Positions 17,646 through 27,644 of a stretch of 32,000 nucleotides of DNA are shown one piece after another. The stretch's first letter is position 1. Every line of letters begins with the position of its first letter. Both the position numbers and the translations under genes were made by a program. The notes beneath the pieces were generated by a model. That model was not told the origin of the DNA. It worked only from the letters and a program-made list of their open reading frames with translations, and searched no databases. Location of the stretch: assembly GCF_000186885.1 (NCBI RefSeq), contig NC_014972.1, positions 3,240,001 to 3,272,000 of the forward strand, written 5' to 3'. This DNA is from Desulfobulbus propionicus DSM 2032. Its GTDB lineage: Bacteria > Desulfobacterota > Desulfobulbia > Desulfobulbales > Desulfobulbaceae.

Positions 17646-18905
17646 TTAGGACACGGGCGCTGCGTTCCCGGTTCGTGCCGGCGGGCAGGACCCCTCGACC
17701 GCACATCGCCAGTCATCTTGCCGTTTGAACAACACCCCGCTGAAGAGTGAAAAGAGAAAACCGGTGCCATAAATATTCAAGTAGGACTCGGTGGTCATGA
17801 TGGTCAAGAAAAAGACCAGGAAGGCACAGTGGATCCGCTTCCATTCATCCTGTCGCTGCCAGGTTTTGTGGAAATGGACGAAAAACAGGCCCAACAGGGT
17901 GAGCAGCCCCAGAATTCCCAGTTGCGCGGTGACAAAAATATACTGGTTATGCGGGTTGTCCGTGAGAGGGACCCGGGGGGAAAGCTGCTGGTTGATCTGG
18001 GCGTAGCGCGGGGCAAAATCACCGGTCCCGGCCCCCAGCCACGGCTCCTCTTTAATGATCTGCCAGGCTATTTTCCAGTAATGCAAACGCAGTCCCACGG
18101 AGGAGACATCCGGGCGTTGATCAAAGGTTTCGATATCCTGTTGAATCTGATCCATCCGTTGCTGAAACACCGGACTGACCTGATACGCCACGACAAAGAC
18201 CAGCGGCAGCGCCACCAGGGGAATCAAAATGGCCCGAAGCAGATTCTTGCGAAAGTGTTGAACGCACAACACTGCCATCAGCACAAAAAAGGCCAATTGT
18301 CCCGCCCGACCCCGTGTCAAAAACACATTGACGATCATCACAGCGCTCAGCGCGGCCAGCAGCCAGCGCTGCCCTCCCCGCATTCCGCCCCACAGGACCT
18401 GATGGAGCACCAGATACACGGCAAGGGCCAGCATCGGCGTGAACACGAGATGATTGACAATGGTGTGAAACCGAAACCGGGCCGAGGTTATGCCCAGATG
18501 CCGAAACAAATCAAGATAAGCCAGATCGATGACCAGCATGGCGGCAATGACGCCGGCAAGGAAGGCCGCGACATACCACCAGCGCCGATCCCAGCGAACG
18601 GTTGTCAGGAAAACGGGCAACAAAAGAATCTTCCATCGTTTTCTGATCACTTCCAGCCCGTCGGCAAGCGAATCTGTCCACAACAACCCGAGCACAAGAG
18701 CGCCAAAGTATAACAGCACCGCGATACAGATCGGACTGGCGACAATCTCTCGCATCTTGGCGGGGAATTGCCCCTCATACAGCCAACAGGCCAAGACCAG
18801 CAGGACCGCCACGGTCACCGCCGAGGTGGAGAGCGGCAGGCAAAATGCCAGCAGCAACATCAACCACAGGTTAATCTGTTCGAGATTTTGTCGGATTGCG
18901 TTCAT
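17646..18905 (-). CDS. O-antigen ligase family protein
   Basis: Polytopic membrane protein with 'LTRGRAGQLAFFVLMA...GLRLHYWKIAWQIIKEEPWLGAGTGDFAPRY...PHNQYIFVTAQLGILGLLTLLGLF'. Confidence 0.88.
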   Translation of the reverse strand: MNAIRQNLEQINLWLMLLLAFCLPLSTSAVTVAVLLVLACWLYEGQFPAKMREIVASPICIAVLLYFGALVLGLLWTDSLADGLEVIRKRWKILLLPVFLTTVRWDRRWWYVAAFLAGVIAAMLVIDLAYLDLFRHLGITSARFRFHTIVNHLVFTPMLALAVYLVLHQVLWGGMRGGQRWLLAALSAVMIVNVFLTRGRAGQLAFFVLMAVLCVQHFRKNLLRAILIPLVALPLVFVVAYQVSPVFQQRMDQIQQDIETFDQRPDVSSVGLRLHYWKIAWQIIKEEPWLGAGTGDFAPRYAQINQQLSPRVPLTDNPHNQYIFVTAQLGILGLLTLLGLFFVHFHKTWQRQDEWKRIHCAFLVFFLTIMTTESYLNIYGTGFLFSLFSGVLFKRQDDWRCAVEGSCPPARTGNAAPVS

Positions 18906-18908
18906 GCC

Positions 18909-20654
18909 TTATCTCATCAGTGCTTGATCGGAAAACTGCAGACGATAAAGAAAACTGTACTCACCACCCAAGGCCAGCAATTCATCGTGGGTACCTTCTT
19001 CAATCAGGCACCCCTCTTTGAGGACAATGATCCGATCCGCGTTGTGCACCGTGGACAATCGATGAGCGATCACAATGGTGGTTCGGTTGCGCATCAGGTT
19101 TTCCAGGGCCTTTTGTACTTCACGTTCCGATTCGCTGTCCAGGGCCGAGGTTGCTTCGTCAAGGATCAGGATCGGTGCGTCCTTGAGCAGGGCTCGGGCA
19201 ATGGAGATCCGCTGCTGCTGTCCGCCTGACAGCCGGGCGCCGGCTTCACCGATCACCGTCTCGAACCCATGGGGCAGTTCATGGATGAAATCCAGGGCAT
19301 AGGCCGATCGGGCCGCCTCGACAATCCGCTCCTCTGGGCAGTCACTGACCCCATAGGCGATATTGTTGCGCACCGTATCGTTGAACAGGATGGTCTGCTG
19401 GCTGACCAGGGCGATCTGCCGGCGCAGGGAGGCAAAGGTGACCTCGCGGATATCGACGTCATCGATGCGCAGCTCGCCCACGCTGACCTCGTAAAACCTC
19501 GGAATCAGGTTGGCCAAGGTTGTCTTGCCGCTGCCGCTCGGGCCGACCACCGCCAGGATTTCGCCCCGGTTGACCCGCAAGTTGAGGTGTTTGATCACCG
19601 GCTCGTTGTTCTCGTAGTGGAAGCTGACGTCCGAAAACACGATGCTGCGGCTGAACGGCCCCAGCTCAATGGCCCGCTCAGCTTCCTGGATATCGGGCCG
19701 GATATCCAGCAGGGAAAAAATGCGCGTGGCCGCCGCCAATCCCTGCTGAATGGTGGTGTTGATTTTGCTAACGCCCTTGACCGGTTCATAGAGCATGATC
19801 AAGGCGGTGAGAAAGGACATGAAGGCACCTGGTGTCGAGTTGCCCTGCAGGACCTGCATGCCGCCGAACCAGATGATCATCGCCATGCCGATGCCGCCGA
19901 GGAACTCGATCAGGGGGTGGGAGAGGCAGCTGTACTTGGTTTCCAGCATCAGGGTGTCCATGATACCCTGCATCTTCTCGCCAAAGCGTTGCTTCTCGAA
20001 CCCTTCCATGCCAAAGGCCTTGACGATGCGCACCCCGGCAATGGTTTCGTGCAGCTGGCTGGTCGCTTCGCCGATCTTGGTCTGATAGGTCGCACTGATC
20101 CTTCTGAATTTTCTGCCAAAAACAACGATCGGCACCGCGGCTGCCGGCAGAAAAAGCAGGGAAATCAGGGCCAGCCGCCAATCCATGTAAAAAATGACCC
20201 CGAGCAGTCCGACGACTGAGCACAAGTCGCGGAGGGTGCGAATCAGCGCATGGGAAACAGATCCCTGCAACATGCTGACATCGTTCATAATTCTCGAAAT
20301 AAGCTCGCCAGTTGGATGCCGGTGGAAAAAACTGAGCGACAGTTCGTGAAGATGGCCATAGATACGGTTGCGCAGATCGCGGATGACGCTCTGCCCCACC
20401 ATTTCCAGCAGGTAGGAATAGCCGAAAAAGAAAATCCCCTTGAAGAAAAAAATCGCCAGCAAGCCCAGGGGCAACAGGTTGAGCAATCGCGCATCGCGGT
20501 TGAAAAAAATCTCGTCCAACAGGGGCTTGACCATGTACGCCTGCAGGGCATTGAATCCACCCACGGCCACCATGCCGACCATGGCCAGCAACAGCTTTGC
20601 ATGATAGGGCTTGAGCACTGCCAGTAGTTTGGAAAAAAGGGCTTTATTGTTCAT
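18909..20654 (-). CDS. msbA: Lipid A export-type ABC transporter permease/ATPase (MsbA-like)
   Basis: TM domain with 'LSFFHRHPTGELISRIMNDV', Walker A '[20 protein letters not shown]', signature 'GARLSGGQQQRISIARALLKDAPILILDEATSALDSESE'. It sits in an LPS gene cluster. Confidence 0.9.
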   Translation of the reverse strand: MNNKALFSKLLAVLKPYHAKLLLAMVGMVAVGGFNALQAYMVKPLLDEIFFNRDARLLNLLPLGLLAIFFFKGIFFFGYSYLLEMVGQSVIRDLRNRIYGHLHELSLSFFHRHPTGELISRIMNDVSMLQGSVSHALIRTLRDLCSVVGLLGVIFYMDWRLALISLLFLPAAAVPIVVFGRKFRRISATYQTKIGEATSQLHETIAGVRIVKAFGMEGFEKQRFGEKMQGIMDTLMLETKYSCLSHPLIEFLGGIGMAMIIWFGGMQVLQGNSTPGAFMSFLTALIMLYEPVKGVSKINTTIQQGLAAATRIFSLLDIRPDIQEAERAIELGPFSRSIVFSDVSFHYENNEPVIKHLNLRVNRGEILAVVGPSGSGKTTLANLIPRFYEVSVGELRIDDVDIREVTFASLRRQIALVSQQTILFNDTVRNNIAYGVSDCPEERIVEAARSAYALDFIHELPHGFETVIGEAGARLSGGQQQRISIARALLKDAPILILDEATSALDSESEREVQKALENLMRNRTTIVIAHRLSTVHNADRIIVLKEGCLIEEGTHDELLALGGEYSFLYRLQFSDQALMR

Positions 20655-20732
20655 GCAAGAAATGGTGTGAAAAAGTGATCAATCCCTGGCCACATTCCGG
20701 ATTTGGTCCTCCGCGCCAGCATTTACCCTATT

Positions 20733-22988
20733 TCACGCGAGTGTGCCAGCATAGTTGCCGGAAAAAACCGAGGGCTCCTCCCCCCGACCGCTGAGCAGGG
20801 CGGTCACTGCGGAGCATTCCCGTTTCGGCTGGCCATGGCTGATATCCACCACCAAGTAATTGACCCCCATCCGGGTAATGTCTTGAACATGCTGCAAAAG
20901 AGAAAACGGTACATGGGAACGGGCATACACGGTCCCTTCTCGGCGGTCGAGATAAAATCGCTCGCCGCGGGAACTGACAAAGGTCCGTTGTCCCTGAAAA
21001 TGTGGGGCATCCAATCGCGCGCTGAAAAGCGGTGGCCGACCGTAGACCAGCAAACCGACCCGCAGGGCATGAGCGTTACGGTTGCATGCTTTGTGAAATT
21101 GAGCCAGGGCGGCGGCCAACGTCACCCGATCCGTTTCCAGGGAAAACTGCACCCCGGCCAGGCCGCAGTCCCCATGTAGCTCCAGAGCCGAACTGTTGAG
21201 CAGGTTGCAGCTGTACGCGCCGTAGACCTCGAGCGGCAGATCCCCGCCCGATCCGGGGGCCTCGGTAAAAAGGCCCAGCTGGCCGATATGGCTGATCTGG
21301 AAGGCTGTCGCTCCCTGGCCTCGAAGCCGCTGAACCGCCTGATGATACCAGGCCAGCTGCTCCTGCAACACAATGGGTGGCAAGGCCCAGACCAGCGGCG
21401 GATGTCGCGGGGACTTGCTCCGGCGCAACTGGAGAACTTGGTCAAGGTTGCGTTGATTGAGTTCCAGCACCAGCCTGGCGACCTGAAAAGGGAAGCGCAT
21501 TCCCGCCGCATCGAGCGATGCCGCCTTGAGCCACCACTGTGGACGGGATGTTTTTCCCGGTCCTTGGCCGCCGCGATCGGTTGCCGCATCTCGGGATGGT
21601 GGACTGGCCGACCCCATGGCCAAGGCGGTCAGGATCTGCTGCAGCCGCATGGGATCGGGATCGACACTTCGCTGTGGATGAAATCGGCGCACCAGGCCCG
21701 ATTGCTGCTCAAATCGACCGCTGACATCGACCCTGAAGAGAAGTCCGTGGGAACGATGGGGGAAGCCGCTCAACTCAAGACCGCTCACGGCAATGGACAC
21801 TACCTGTCCCTTGTCGGCCTGATCCACTTTTCTGCCCTTGACCTCCAGGGATCGGAGAGTGAAGCTTTTGCGCTCGCCACTTCGCTCCTCATAGAGGCGC
21901 AACCGATCGCCCAGCCGTATCGGTGTCTGCAGGGTGGCCTGTAACCGCAACGTTTTTGCTGTCCGGCTCTCCCGTCCCTCCTCCATCCGGGTCACTTTGC
22001 CGACCATCTCGCCGCTGCTGCCGGCAAATCTGGGGATGATCAACCGATCCTCCCAGCCGCGGACAAGAAAACCCGGGGAGCGCTTGCGTCCCATGGCCGC
22101 GTCCAGGCATCGATGGGCCTCGGCCAGTAACGTGGGCCGCTGCTCCGGCGAGGTATCAAGCGCCCGCAGGGCCAAACGATAGGCCCGGACCGTGTTGCGG
22201 ACGTACTCCACCGACTTGAGCCGCCCCTCGATCTTGAGGCTGACCACCCCGGCGGCCCGCACCTCGGTCAGGTGATCGATGCCGCTGAGATCGTTCATGG
22301 AAAACAGATATTCAGCCGTTTTACCGCAACTGGACCGCTTGCCCGAGGGCAGCCATTCGTAGCGGCGGCGGCAGGGCTGGACACATTGACCGCGCAGGCT
22401 CGATTTGCCGCCATGCAGACTGGAAAATCGGCACAGGCCCGAATAACTGAAACACATGGCACCATGGATGAAGATTTCCAATTCCACTGGGCAGTGGGCA
22501 TGGATGGTCCGAATCTCCTCCAGGCTGAGTTCGCGCGCCAGCACGATGCGTTCGAACCCGAGCTCCTTGAAATAGCGGGCGGCCAGTGCATTGTTGACCG
22601 TCATCAGGGTCGAGGCATGCACCTTGAGCGAAGGAAAAAAACGGCGGACCAAATGAAAAATGCCCAGATCCTGCAAGATCAGCGCATCCGGACCGATTCG
22701 AGCCAACCGGGAAAGTGTTTCCACGGCCTGCCGCACCTCCCCCTCCTTCATCAGGCTGTTCATGGCCACATACACCTTTTTTCCCTGGTCATGGGCGCAT
22801 TCAGTCATGGCCGCGATCTCGCCGAAGGTAAAATCCCTGGCCAAGGCACGGGCATTGAGCCCGGGAGCGCCGACATAAACGGCATCGGCCCCTTCGCGAA
22901 GGGCAGCCTCAAAGGCCGGCACGGTTCCAGCGGGCGCAAGGAGTTCCAAAGGACGGGGAGCAGCGACAGGCGAAGCGGTTGTGGTCAT
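20733..22988 (-). CDS. Peptidase U32 family protein
   Basis: 'LELLAPAGTVPAFEAALREGADAVYVGAPGLNARA', 'IFIHGAMCFSYSGLCRFSSLHGGKSSLRGQCVQPCRRRYEW' and 'YLFSMNDLSGIDHLTEVRAAGVVSLKIEGRLKSVEYV'. Confidence 0.92.
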   Translation of the reverse strand: MTTTASPVAAPRPLELLAPAGTVPAFEAALREGADAVYVGAPGLNARALARDFTFGEIAAMTECAHDQGKKVYVAMNSLMKEGEVRQAVETLSRLARIGPDALILQDLGIFHLVRRFFPSLKVHASTLMTVNNALAARYFKELGFERIVLARELSLEEIRTIHAHCPVELEIFIHGAMCFSYSGLCRFSSLHGGKSSLRGQCVQPCRRRYEWLPSGKRSSCGKTAEYLFSMNDLSGIDHLTEVRAAGVVSLKIEGRLKSVEYVRNTVRAYRLALRALDTSPEQRPTLLAEAHRCLDAAMGRKRSPGFLVRGWEDRLIIPRFAGSSGEMVGKVTRMEEGRESRTAKTLRLQATLQTPIRLGDRLRLYEERSGERKSFTLRSLEVKGRKVDQADKGQVVSIAVSGLELSGFPHRSHGLLFRVDVSGRFEQQSGLVRRFHPQRSVDPDPMRLQQILTALAMGSASPPSRDAATDRGGQGPGKTSRPQWWLKAASLDAAGMRFPFQVARLVLELNQRNLDQVLQLRRSKSPRHPPLVWALPPIVLQEQLAWYHQAVQRLRGQGATAFQISHIGQLGLFTEAPGSGGDLPLEVYGAYSCNLLNSSALELHGDCGLAGVQFSLETDRVTLAAALAQFHKACNRNAHALRVGLLVYGRPPLFSARLDAPHFQGQRTFVSSRGERFYLDRREGTVYARSHVPFSLLQHVQDITRMGVNYLVVDISHGQPKRECSAVTALLSGRGEEPSVFSGNYAGTLA

Positions 22989-23072
22989 GGACGAAAATGG
23001 AGGGCAGCGTTGGCTGCATCGGGTCTTTCCCCGGCGTGCTCGTTGAGCAACATCAAACAGACGCGACCGTCG

Positions 23073-24539
23073 TCATTCACCCGGCGGACAAAGGGCCAGG
23101 GGATAATCGACAGGAGGCAGGGGGAGGATGAAGAAAAAATTATTGCCTTCGGCCGTGGGCTCGTACCCGACTCGACCGCCATGCATTTCGACAACAAGAC
23201 GAATGAACGACAGCCCATGGCCGGTTCCGGGCACATCCGGATTGTCGTCGCCACGCATCCCTTCCTGGAACAGTTGGTTGCCTTGTTCTTCCGACATGGT
23301 GGGACCGGTGGTGAATACATTGAATTTCACCCCTTTTTGGCCGGGCCGGATGAAATTCTCGACCACTTCGCGGCCATAGGCCATGGCTTTGCGCGGCCTG
23401 CCGGCATGATCGATGATTTCCTTGGTATATTTGGCCGCATTGGAGAACAGGTTGGCGTAGACCTGCGCCAGCAGGCCGATGTCCACCAAGATCGGAAATT
23501 CTTCCTCGTGCATGTTCTGCGGCCGGTCGACGGTGATATTGGCAGCCTTCAACCGACTGGCATAGTGCTCCAACTGGGGGATGATCACTTCCTTTTCCAC
23601 CAGGCAGCGCTTGGGATGCAGGACAAGATGCCCCCGCTCGAAATGTTCGCGCCTGAACAGGCTCTCGATGAAGAGGCTCATGTTGGCGTGATGCTTGACA
23701 ATCTCCTGGTAGTACTTGAGCAGGTCCTCCTGCAGGGCCTGGAGTTTGCCGCAACAGTAGCCGCAAGGCCCGGCCAACGGTTCCGGCCCCTGGCGGTCGA
23801 CGATCTCCCGTTTCAGCTCGTCAATCAGGCCGATTTTCTTTTTTAGCTGATTAAACAGGTGGCGGAAATACATGTTGGGCACAATGATATTGTGCTCAAT
23901 GTCAATCACCAGGGTGTTGATGAATTTCAGCCGATCGATATTTTGTCGAGCAATCAACCTATTATCGAGATTATAGCCGATTCTGTTGGCGTATTTGGCA
24001 AAGAAGAACCTATCGGTCTCGGAAAGCCCCCCCTGGCGCCGCACCTCATACATGCCCAAAGTCCGGCCGCCACCGCACAGGCCACGAAAATCATTCCATA
24101 GAGGCCCCTGTTCCAGGTCCTTCCGGGAACAGTCGCTTCCTGTACGACTATACGATGGATACTTGCTAAAAATCGGCACCATGTAGGAGCCATCCAGTTC
24201 GTAGGGCTCCTCCTGCATCCGGATGAGCCGTCGCGCCGGTTCTGGATGCGGCAGGACTCCCCGCTCACTGGAACAAACCAGCTGCAGGCCATTTGCCTCG
24301 CCCTGACAGAGATAGAGCGAACTGGACACCCCGACCAACGCCAAGGGAACGGAAACACAGATCCGATAAAAATCATCCAGGGAATCGTACTCCTGGGCCA
24401 GGTCAAAAAAGGCCTTGAGAAAATCGTTGCGCCCCTGGGAGAAGTTATACTGTTCATAACTCTCCGCTTTTTCCCGGATGCGGCGGCAGACGATTTCCAG
24501 ATCCGGCGGGATGGGAATAGTGTTCGGGTGCTCAGTCAT
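23073..24539 (-). CDS. Sensor histidine kinase-like protein with a GHKL ATPase domain and a divergent H-box
   Basis: 'LAQVYANLFSNAAKYTKEI' N-box, 'GTGHGLSFIRLVVEMHGGRVGYEPT' G-box, possible H-box 'DIEHNIIVPNMYF'. Confidence 0.78.
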   Translation of the reverse strand: MTEHPNTIPIPPDLEIVCRRIREKAESYEQYNFSQGRNDFLKAFFDLAQEYDSLDDFYRICVSVPLALVGVSSSLYLCQGEANGLQLVCSSERGVLPHPEPARRLIRMQEEPYELDGSYMVPIFSKYPSYSRTGSDCSRKDLEQGPLWNDFRGLCGGGRTLGMYEVRRQGGLSETDRFFFAKYANRIGYNLDNRLIARQNIDRLKFINTLVIDIEHNIIVPNMYFRHLFNQLKKKIGLIDELKREIVDRQGPEPLAGPCGYCCGKLQALQEDLLKYYQEIVKHHANMSLFIESLFRREHFERGHLVLHPKRCLVEKEVIIPQLEHYASRLKAANITVDRPQNMHEEEFPILVDIGLLAQVYANLFSNAAKYTKEIIDHAGRPRKAMAYGREVVENFIRPGQKGVKFNVFTTGPTMSEEQGNQLFQEGMRGDDNPDVPGTGHGLSFIRLVVEMHGGRVGYEPTAEGNNFFFILPLPPVDYPLALCPPGE

Positions 24540-24599
24540 GCCTCGACACGTCTCGCCAAGCTCTGCTTGTCGTCAGGGCTTCTCCGGGGAAAAGCCGGC

Positions 24600-25133
24600 T
24601 CAACGTTTGGAAAGAACCACCGCGTCACGGTTGTCCTTCTCGCTCAACAGCACATCGACCCGCTCATTGGGGGCTGGGCTGACGCTCATGCCCACATAGT
24701 CGGGTTGAATCGGCAACTCGCGACCACCTCGATCCACCAGCACAGCCAGTTGGATCGACAGCGGCCGCCCATAGTCCATGATCGCATCCATGGCGGCCCG
24801 AATGGTCCGGCCGGTGAAGATGACGTCATCGACCAGGATGACCTTTTTATCTTCGAGCAGAAAGCCGATGTCCGATTTTCTGACAATCGGGTTCTGCGAG
24901 ATCAGGCTCCAGTCATCCCGGTACAGGGTGATGTCCAGGTTGCCCGAGGGTAGCAGCGCCTCCTCCCGCTCTTCGATCTTCTGCTTGATCCGTTGGGCGA
25001 GAAAGACGCCGCCGGTATGGATGCCGATGATCGAGAGGTCGTTGACCCCGTGGTTGCGTTCCACGATCTCCAGGCTGATCCGATCCAGGCTGCGCTCAAT
25101 GTCCGTGCCGATCATAATGGTCCGTGCGGTCAT
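24600..25133 (-). CDS. pyrR: PyrR-like bifunctional pyrimidine regulator / uracil phosphoribosyltransferase
   Basis: 'SIIGIHTGGVFLAQRI' and the PRPP loop 'VILVDDVIFTGRTIRAAMDAIMDYGRP'. Start overlaps the purN stop. Confidence 0.9.
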   Translation of the reverse strand: MTARTIMIGTDIERSLDRISLEIVERNHGVNDLSIIGIHTGGVFLAQRIKQKIEEREEALLPSGNLDITLYRDDWSLISQNPIVRKSDIGFLLEDKKVILVDDVIFTGRTIRAAMDAIMDYGRPLSIQLAVLVDRGGRELPIQPDYVGMSVSPAPNERVDVLLSEKDNRDAVVLSKR

Positions 25134-25711
25134 GCCTTCACCCTCTCCCAAAAATAGTCCACCCCTTTGGCATCCACCAGATTGATCGCCTCGGGGTAGG
25201 TTTCACATTCCACGGCAAACACCCGGGCCGCGATATCGTCGGGAGTGTCGCTGTCCTCCAGGGCCACGCAGTGCTGCAACACGATTGGCCCTTGGTCGTA
25301 GCATTCGTTGGCGAAATGGACGGTACAGCCGCTTACCGTGCATCCCCTGGCCTTGACCGCCTCATGAACGTGGTGCCCATAATACCCCGCGCCGCAAAAG
25401 GAGGGGATGAGCGCCGGGTGGATATTGAGCACCGCGCGCCGCAGGGAAGGGGGCGGAGTGTACAGCTTGAGGTAGCCGGCCAGGGCGATCAAATCAACGT
25501 CGTAACCAGCGAGGATGCGGTTGATCTCGTCGTTCTCCTGGGCATAAAAGGCTGGATAGCCGTAGCGTTCGGCTTTCGCGAGGCCCAAGGCGCCAGCGAC
25601 GTTGGAAATCACCACCTGAATCTCGGCCCGCAGCGTTCCGGCAGTAATCCGTTCGTGGAAATTGTCCAGCGTCCTGCCGCTACCGGAGAGGAGCACCGCC
25701 ATCTTACGCAT
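25130..25711 (-). CDS. purN: Phosphoribosylglycinamide formyltransferase (folate-dependent)
   Basis: '[15 protein letters not shown]', '[11 protein letters not shown]', '[26 protein letters not shown]' and '[21 protein letters not shown]'. Confidence 0.88.
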   Translation of the reverse strand: MRKMAVLLSGSGRTLDNFHERITAGTLRAEIQVVISNVAGALGLAKAERYGYPAFYAQENDEINRILAGYDVDLIALAGYLKLYTPPPSLRRAVLNIHPALIPSFCGAGYYGHHVHEAVKARGCTVSGCTVHFANECYDQGPIVLQHCVALEDSDTPDDIAARVFAVECETYPEAINLVDAKGVDYFWERVKA

Positions 25712-26336
25712 GGTCTTCGGCTCCGGCGAAAAAAGGATCGGTGGCCGGGTCGACGGTGCGCAGCCATTGGGCAATGGCGGTGTCATAGCTTGCGGTCAGC
25801 TCAAACACCTTGCGGGCCAGGCGAAACCGGGTGGCCAAGGTGGTGTTGCCGTACGCATGCAACTCAGTGAGCACCTGGGGGTAATCGGCCGGATCGACGA
25901 TCACGGTGACATCGTGAAAATTCTTGGCCGAGGCCCGCAACAGGGTCGGACCGCCGATGTCGATATGTTCGATGGCGTCCGCCAACGTACAGCCGGCCTT
26001 GGCCACGGTCTGGGCAAAGGCATAAAGGTTGACCGCCACGATGTCGATCGGCTTGATCCCGTGCTGCCGGCACTGTTGTTGATGGGCTTCGTTGGCGCGC
26101 TGGTTGAGGATGCCGCCATGAACCAGGGGATGCAGCGTCTTGACCCGGCCATCGAGCATCTCGGGAAAACCGGTGAATTCAGACACATCGGTTACCGCAA
26201 TGCCGCTTGCGCGCAGCTTCTGGGCCGTACCACCCGTGGACAGGATCTCGATGCCCATGGCGGCCAGCGCCCCGGCAAAATCCTCACATCCCGATTTATC
26301 GGTCAGGCTGATCAGCGCCCGTTCCACTCGTTTCAT
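25704..26336 (-). CDS. Stand-alone IMP cyclohydrolase (N-terminal PurH domain only)
   Basis: '[72 protein letters not shown]...VAVNLYAF...[18 protein letters not shown]'. It is only 210 aa and lacks the AICAR transformylase domain. Confidence 0.92.
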   Translation of the reverse strand: MKRVERALISLTDKSGCEDFAGALAAMGIEILSTGGTAQKLRASGIAVTDVSEFTGFPEMLDGRVKTLHPLVHGGILNQRANEAHQQQCRQHGIKPIDIVAVNLYAFAQTVAKAGCTLADAIEHIDIGGPTLLRASAKNFHDVTVIVDPADYPQVLTELHAYGNTTLATRFRLARKVFELTASYDTAIAQWLRTVDPATDPFFAGAEDHA

Positions 26337-26354
26337 CGTTTCTCCTTCACCGGC

Positions 26355-26735
26355 TTACTCTTTTTTCAAAAATTGACGGATTTTCCGCCGTTCATGTTTA
26401 TCCGGCCGCCGCTCGGGTGGATTGCCCTGCAGACGAGCCATCCGTCGTTCGGCTGCCAGTTGTTCACGCCTGTCCATGGAGTCCTGGGTTTCCGCATACA
26501 GGGTCCTGGCTGCCGCCGCCGGCCCGCGCTGCTCGCTGAGGGCAATGATCTGCACCGTGAATGCCAGCAATTCCTGGCGAATGACCAGCATGTCACCCTT
26601 TTGCACCATTCTGGACGGCTTGGCTTTGTTGCCGTTGAGGGTCACATGGCCGCCGCTCACCGCCTTGGCCGCCAAGGACCGGGTCTTGAAAAAGCGGGCG
26701 GCCCACAGCCATTTGTCGATGCGCACACTGTCCAT
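26355..26735 (-). CDS. S4-domain RNA-binding protein (HslR/Hsp15-like)
   Basis: 'VRIDKWLWAARFFKTRSLAAKAVSGGHVTLNGNKAKPSRMVQKGDMLVIR', with a basic C-terminal tail. Confidence 0.9.
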   Translation of the reverse strand: MDSVRIDKWLWAARFFKTRSLAAKAVSGGHVTLNGNKAKPSRMVQKGDMLVIRQELLAFTVQIIALSEQRGPAAAARTLYAETQDSMDRREQLAAERRMARLQGNPPERRPDKHERRKIRQFLKKE

Positions 26736-26777
26736 GTTCACCACAAGGTCTCTGTATCGGGTCAAAATACCACAGTT

Positions 26778-26824
26778 ATCGGCAACGATCAAACAAAGAA
26801 GCGCTGACCGAGACCGTTGCCGAT
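26778..26824. repeat. Inverted repeat ATCGGCAACG...CGTTGCCGAT in the divergent S4-protein/folE2 intergenic region
   Basis: 10-bp perfect arms at 26778-26787 and 26815-26824 with a 27-bp spacer. Confidence 0.6.
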
Positions 26825-26876
26825 CCGGTGAAAATGGGGTATGTGGGAGCGATTATCCCTTCGTTGAGATCTGCCC

Positions 26877-27632
26877 ATGCCTTTACAATCCGTCGGAATC
26901 AGCAATTTCACCTGCCCTGTTCGCATCCCTGAAAAGGGGGGCGGCATTCAGCACACCGTCGCGGTCATCGACCTGCTCGCGCGCACCCCCCAGGATCGGC
27001 TCGCGTCCTGTGTCACTCTCATGACCGGACTATTGGCCGAGTTTCTGCCGGACGTGAATGCCGGCATCTTCCCCGCCCTGCTGAGCAAAGTGCGCCAACA
27101 GCTCCAGGCCAGGGAGGCCAAGCTGGAAATGCGGTTTCCCTACTTCATCGCCAAACACGCTCCGGTCACTGGAACCGTTAGCCTCATGGAGTACCAGTGT
27201 GTCTTTACCGCCTCGTCGGAAACCAGCGGCGAGCCCCAGCTGACGGTGGTGGTCCCGGTCACCACCCTTTGCCCCTGTTCCAAGGAAATCAGCGAGGCCG
27301 GCGCCCACAACCAGCGGGCCGAGGTCACCCTCACCGTCCGGCCGCTGGGCCTGATCTGGCTGGAAGATCTGATCGCCATGGTGGAAGGGTGCGGCTCGTC
27401 CGAGGTCTATGCCCTGCTCAAGCGTCCCGATGAAAAATATGTGACGGAAAAGGCCTATGCCCAGCCGATGTTCGTCGAGGATGTAGCCCGCAAGGTGGCC
27501 CAGCGGGCCATGACTCACCCCGAGATCGCCTGGTTTTCGGTGGGAGTGGAGAGTTTTGAATCGATCCACAAGCACAGCGCCTATGCCTTTGTCGACAGCC
27601 GCGACCTCGAGCCTCATTCCGTGGCCTCCTGA
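26877..27632 (+). CDS. folE2: GTP cyclohydrolase FolE2
   Basis: 'QHTVAVIDLLARTPQ', 'VPVTTLCPCSKEISEAGAHNQRAEVTLTVRP', 'MFVEDVARKVAQ' and 'ESIHKHSAYAFV'. Confidence 0.93.
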   Translation: MPLQSVGISNFTCPVRIPEKGGGIQHTVAVIDLLARTPQDRLASCVTLMTGLLAEFLPDVNAGIFPALLSKVRQQLQAREAKLEMRFPYFIAKHAPVTGTVSLMEYQCVFTASSETSGEPQLTVVVPVTTLCPCSKEISEAGAHNQRAEVTLTVRPLGLIWLEDLIAMVEGCGSSEVYALLKRPDEKYVTEKAYAQPMFVEDVARKVAQRAMTHPEIAWFSVGVESFESIHKHSAYAFVDSRDLEPHSVAS

Positions 27633-27644
27633 TCGCGCCGACCA

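Noticed and set aside
17829-20219. Plus-strand ORFs of 294 and 316 aa opposite the O-antigen ligase and msbA
   Set aside because: Shadow ORFs; their His/Gln/Asp-rich composition reflects reverse reading of hydrophobic membrane-protein codons.
22272-23846. 524-aa plus-strand ORF
   Set aside because: It runs antisense across the well-supported U32 peptidase and sensor-kinase genes. It has no recognisable domain and is typical of shadow ORFs in GC-rich DNA.
24577-24596. GGCTTCTC-CGGG-GAAAAGCC hairpin downstream of pyrR
   Set aside because: A short stem containing a G-U pair and lacking a T-tract. Too weak to call a terminator or a regulatory structure.
25662-26807. 381-aa plus-strand ORF
   Set aside because: Antisense to the IMP cyclohydrolase and S4-domain genes, which have strong motif support. 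Its composition is typical of a reverse-strand translation.
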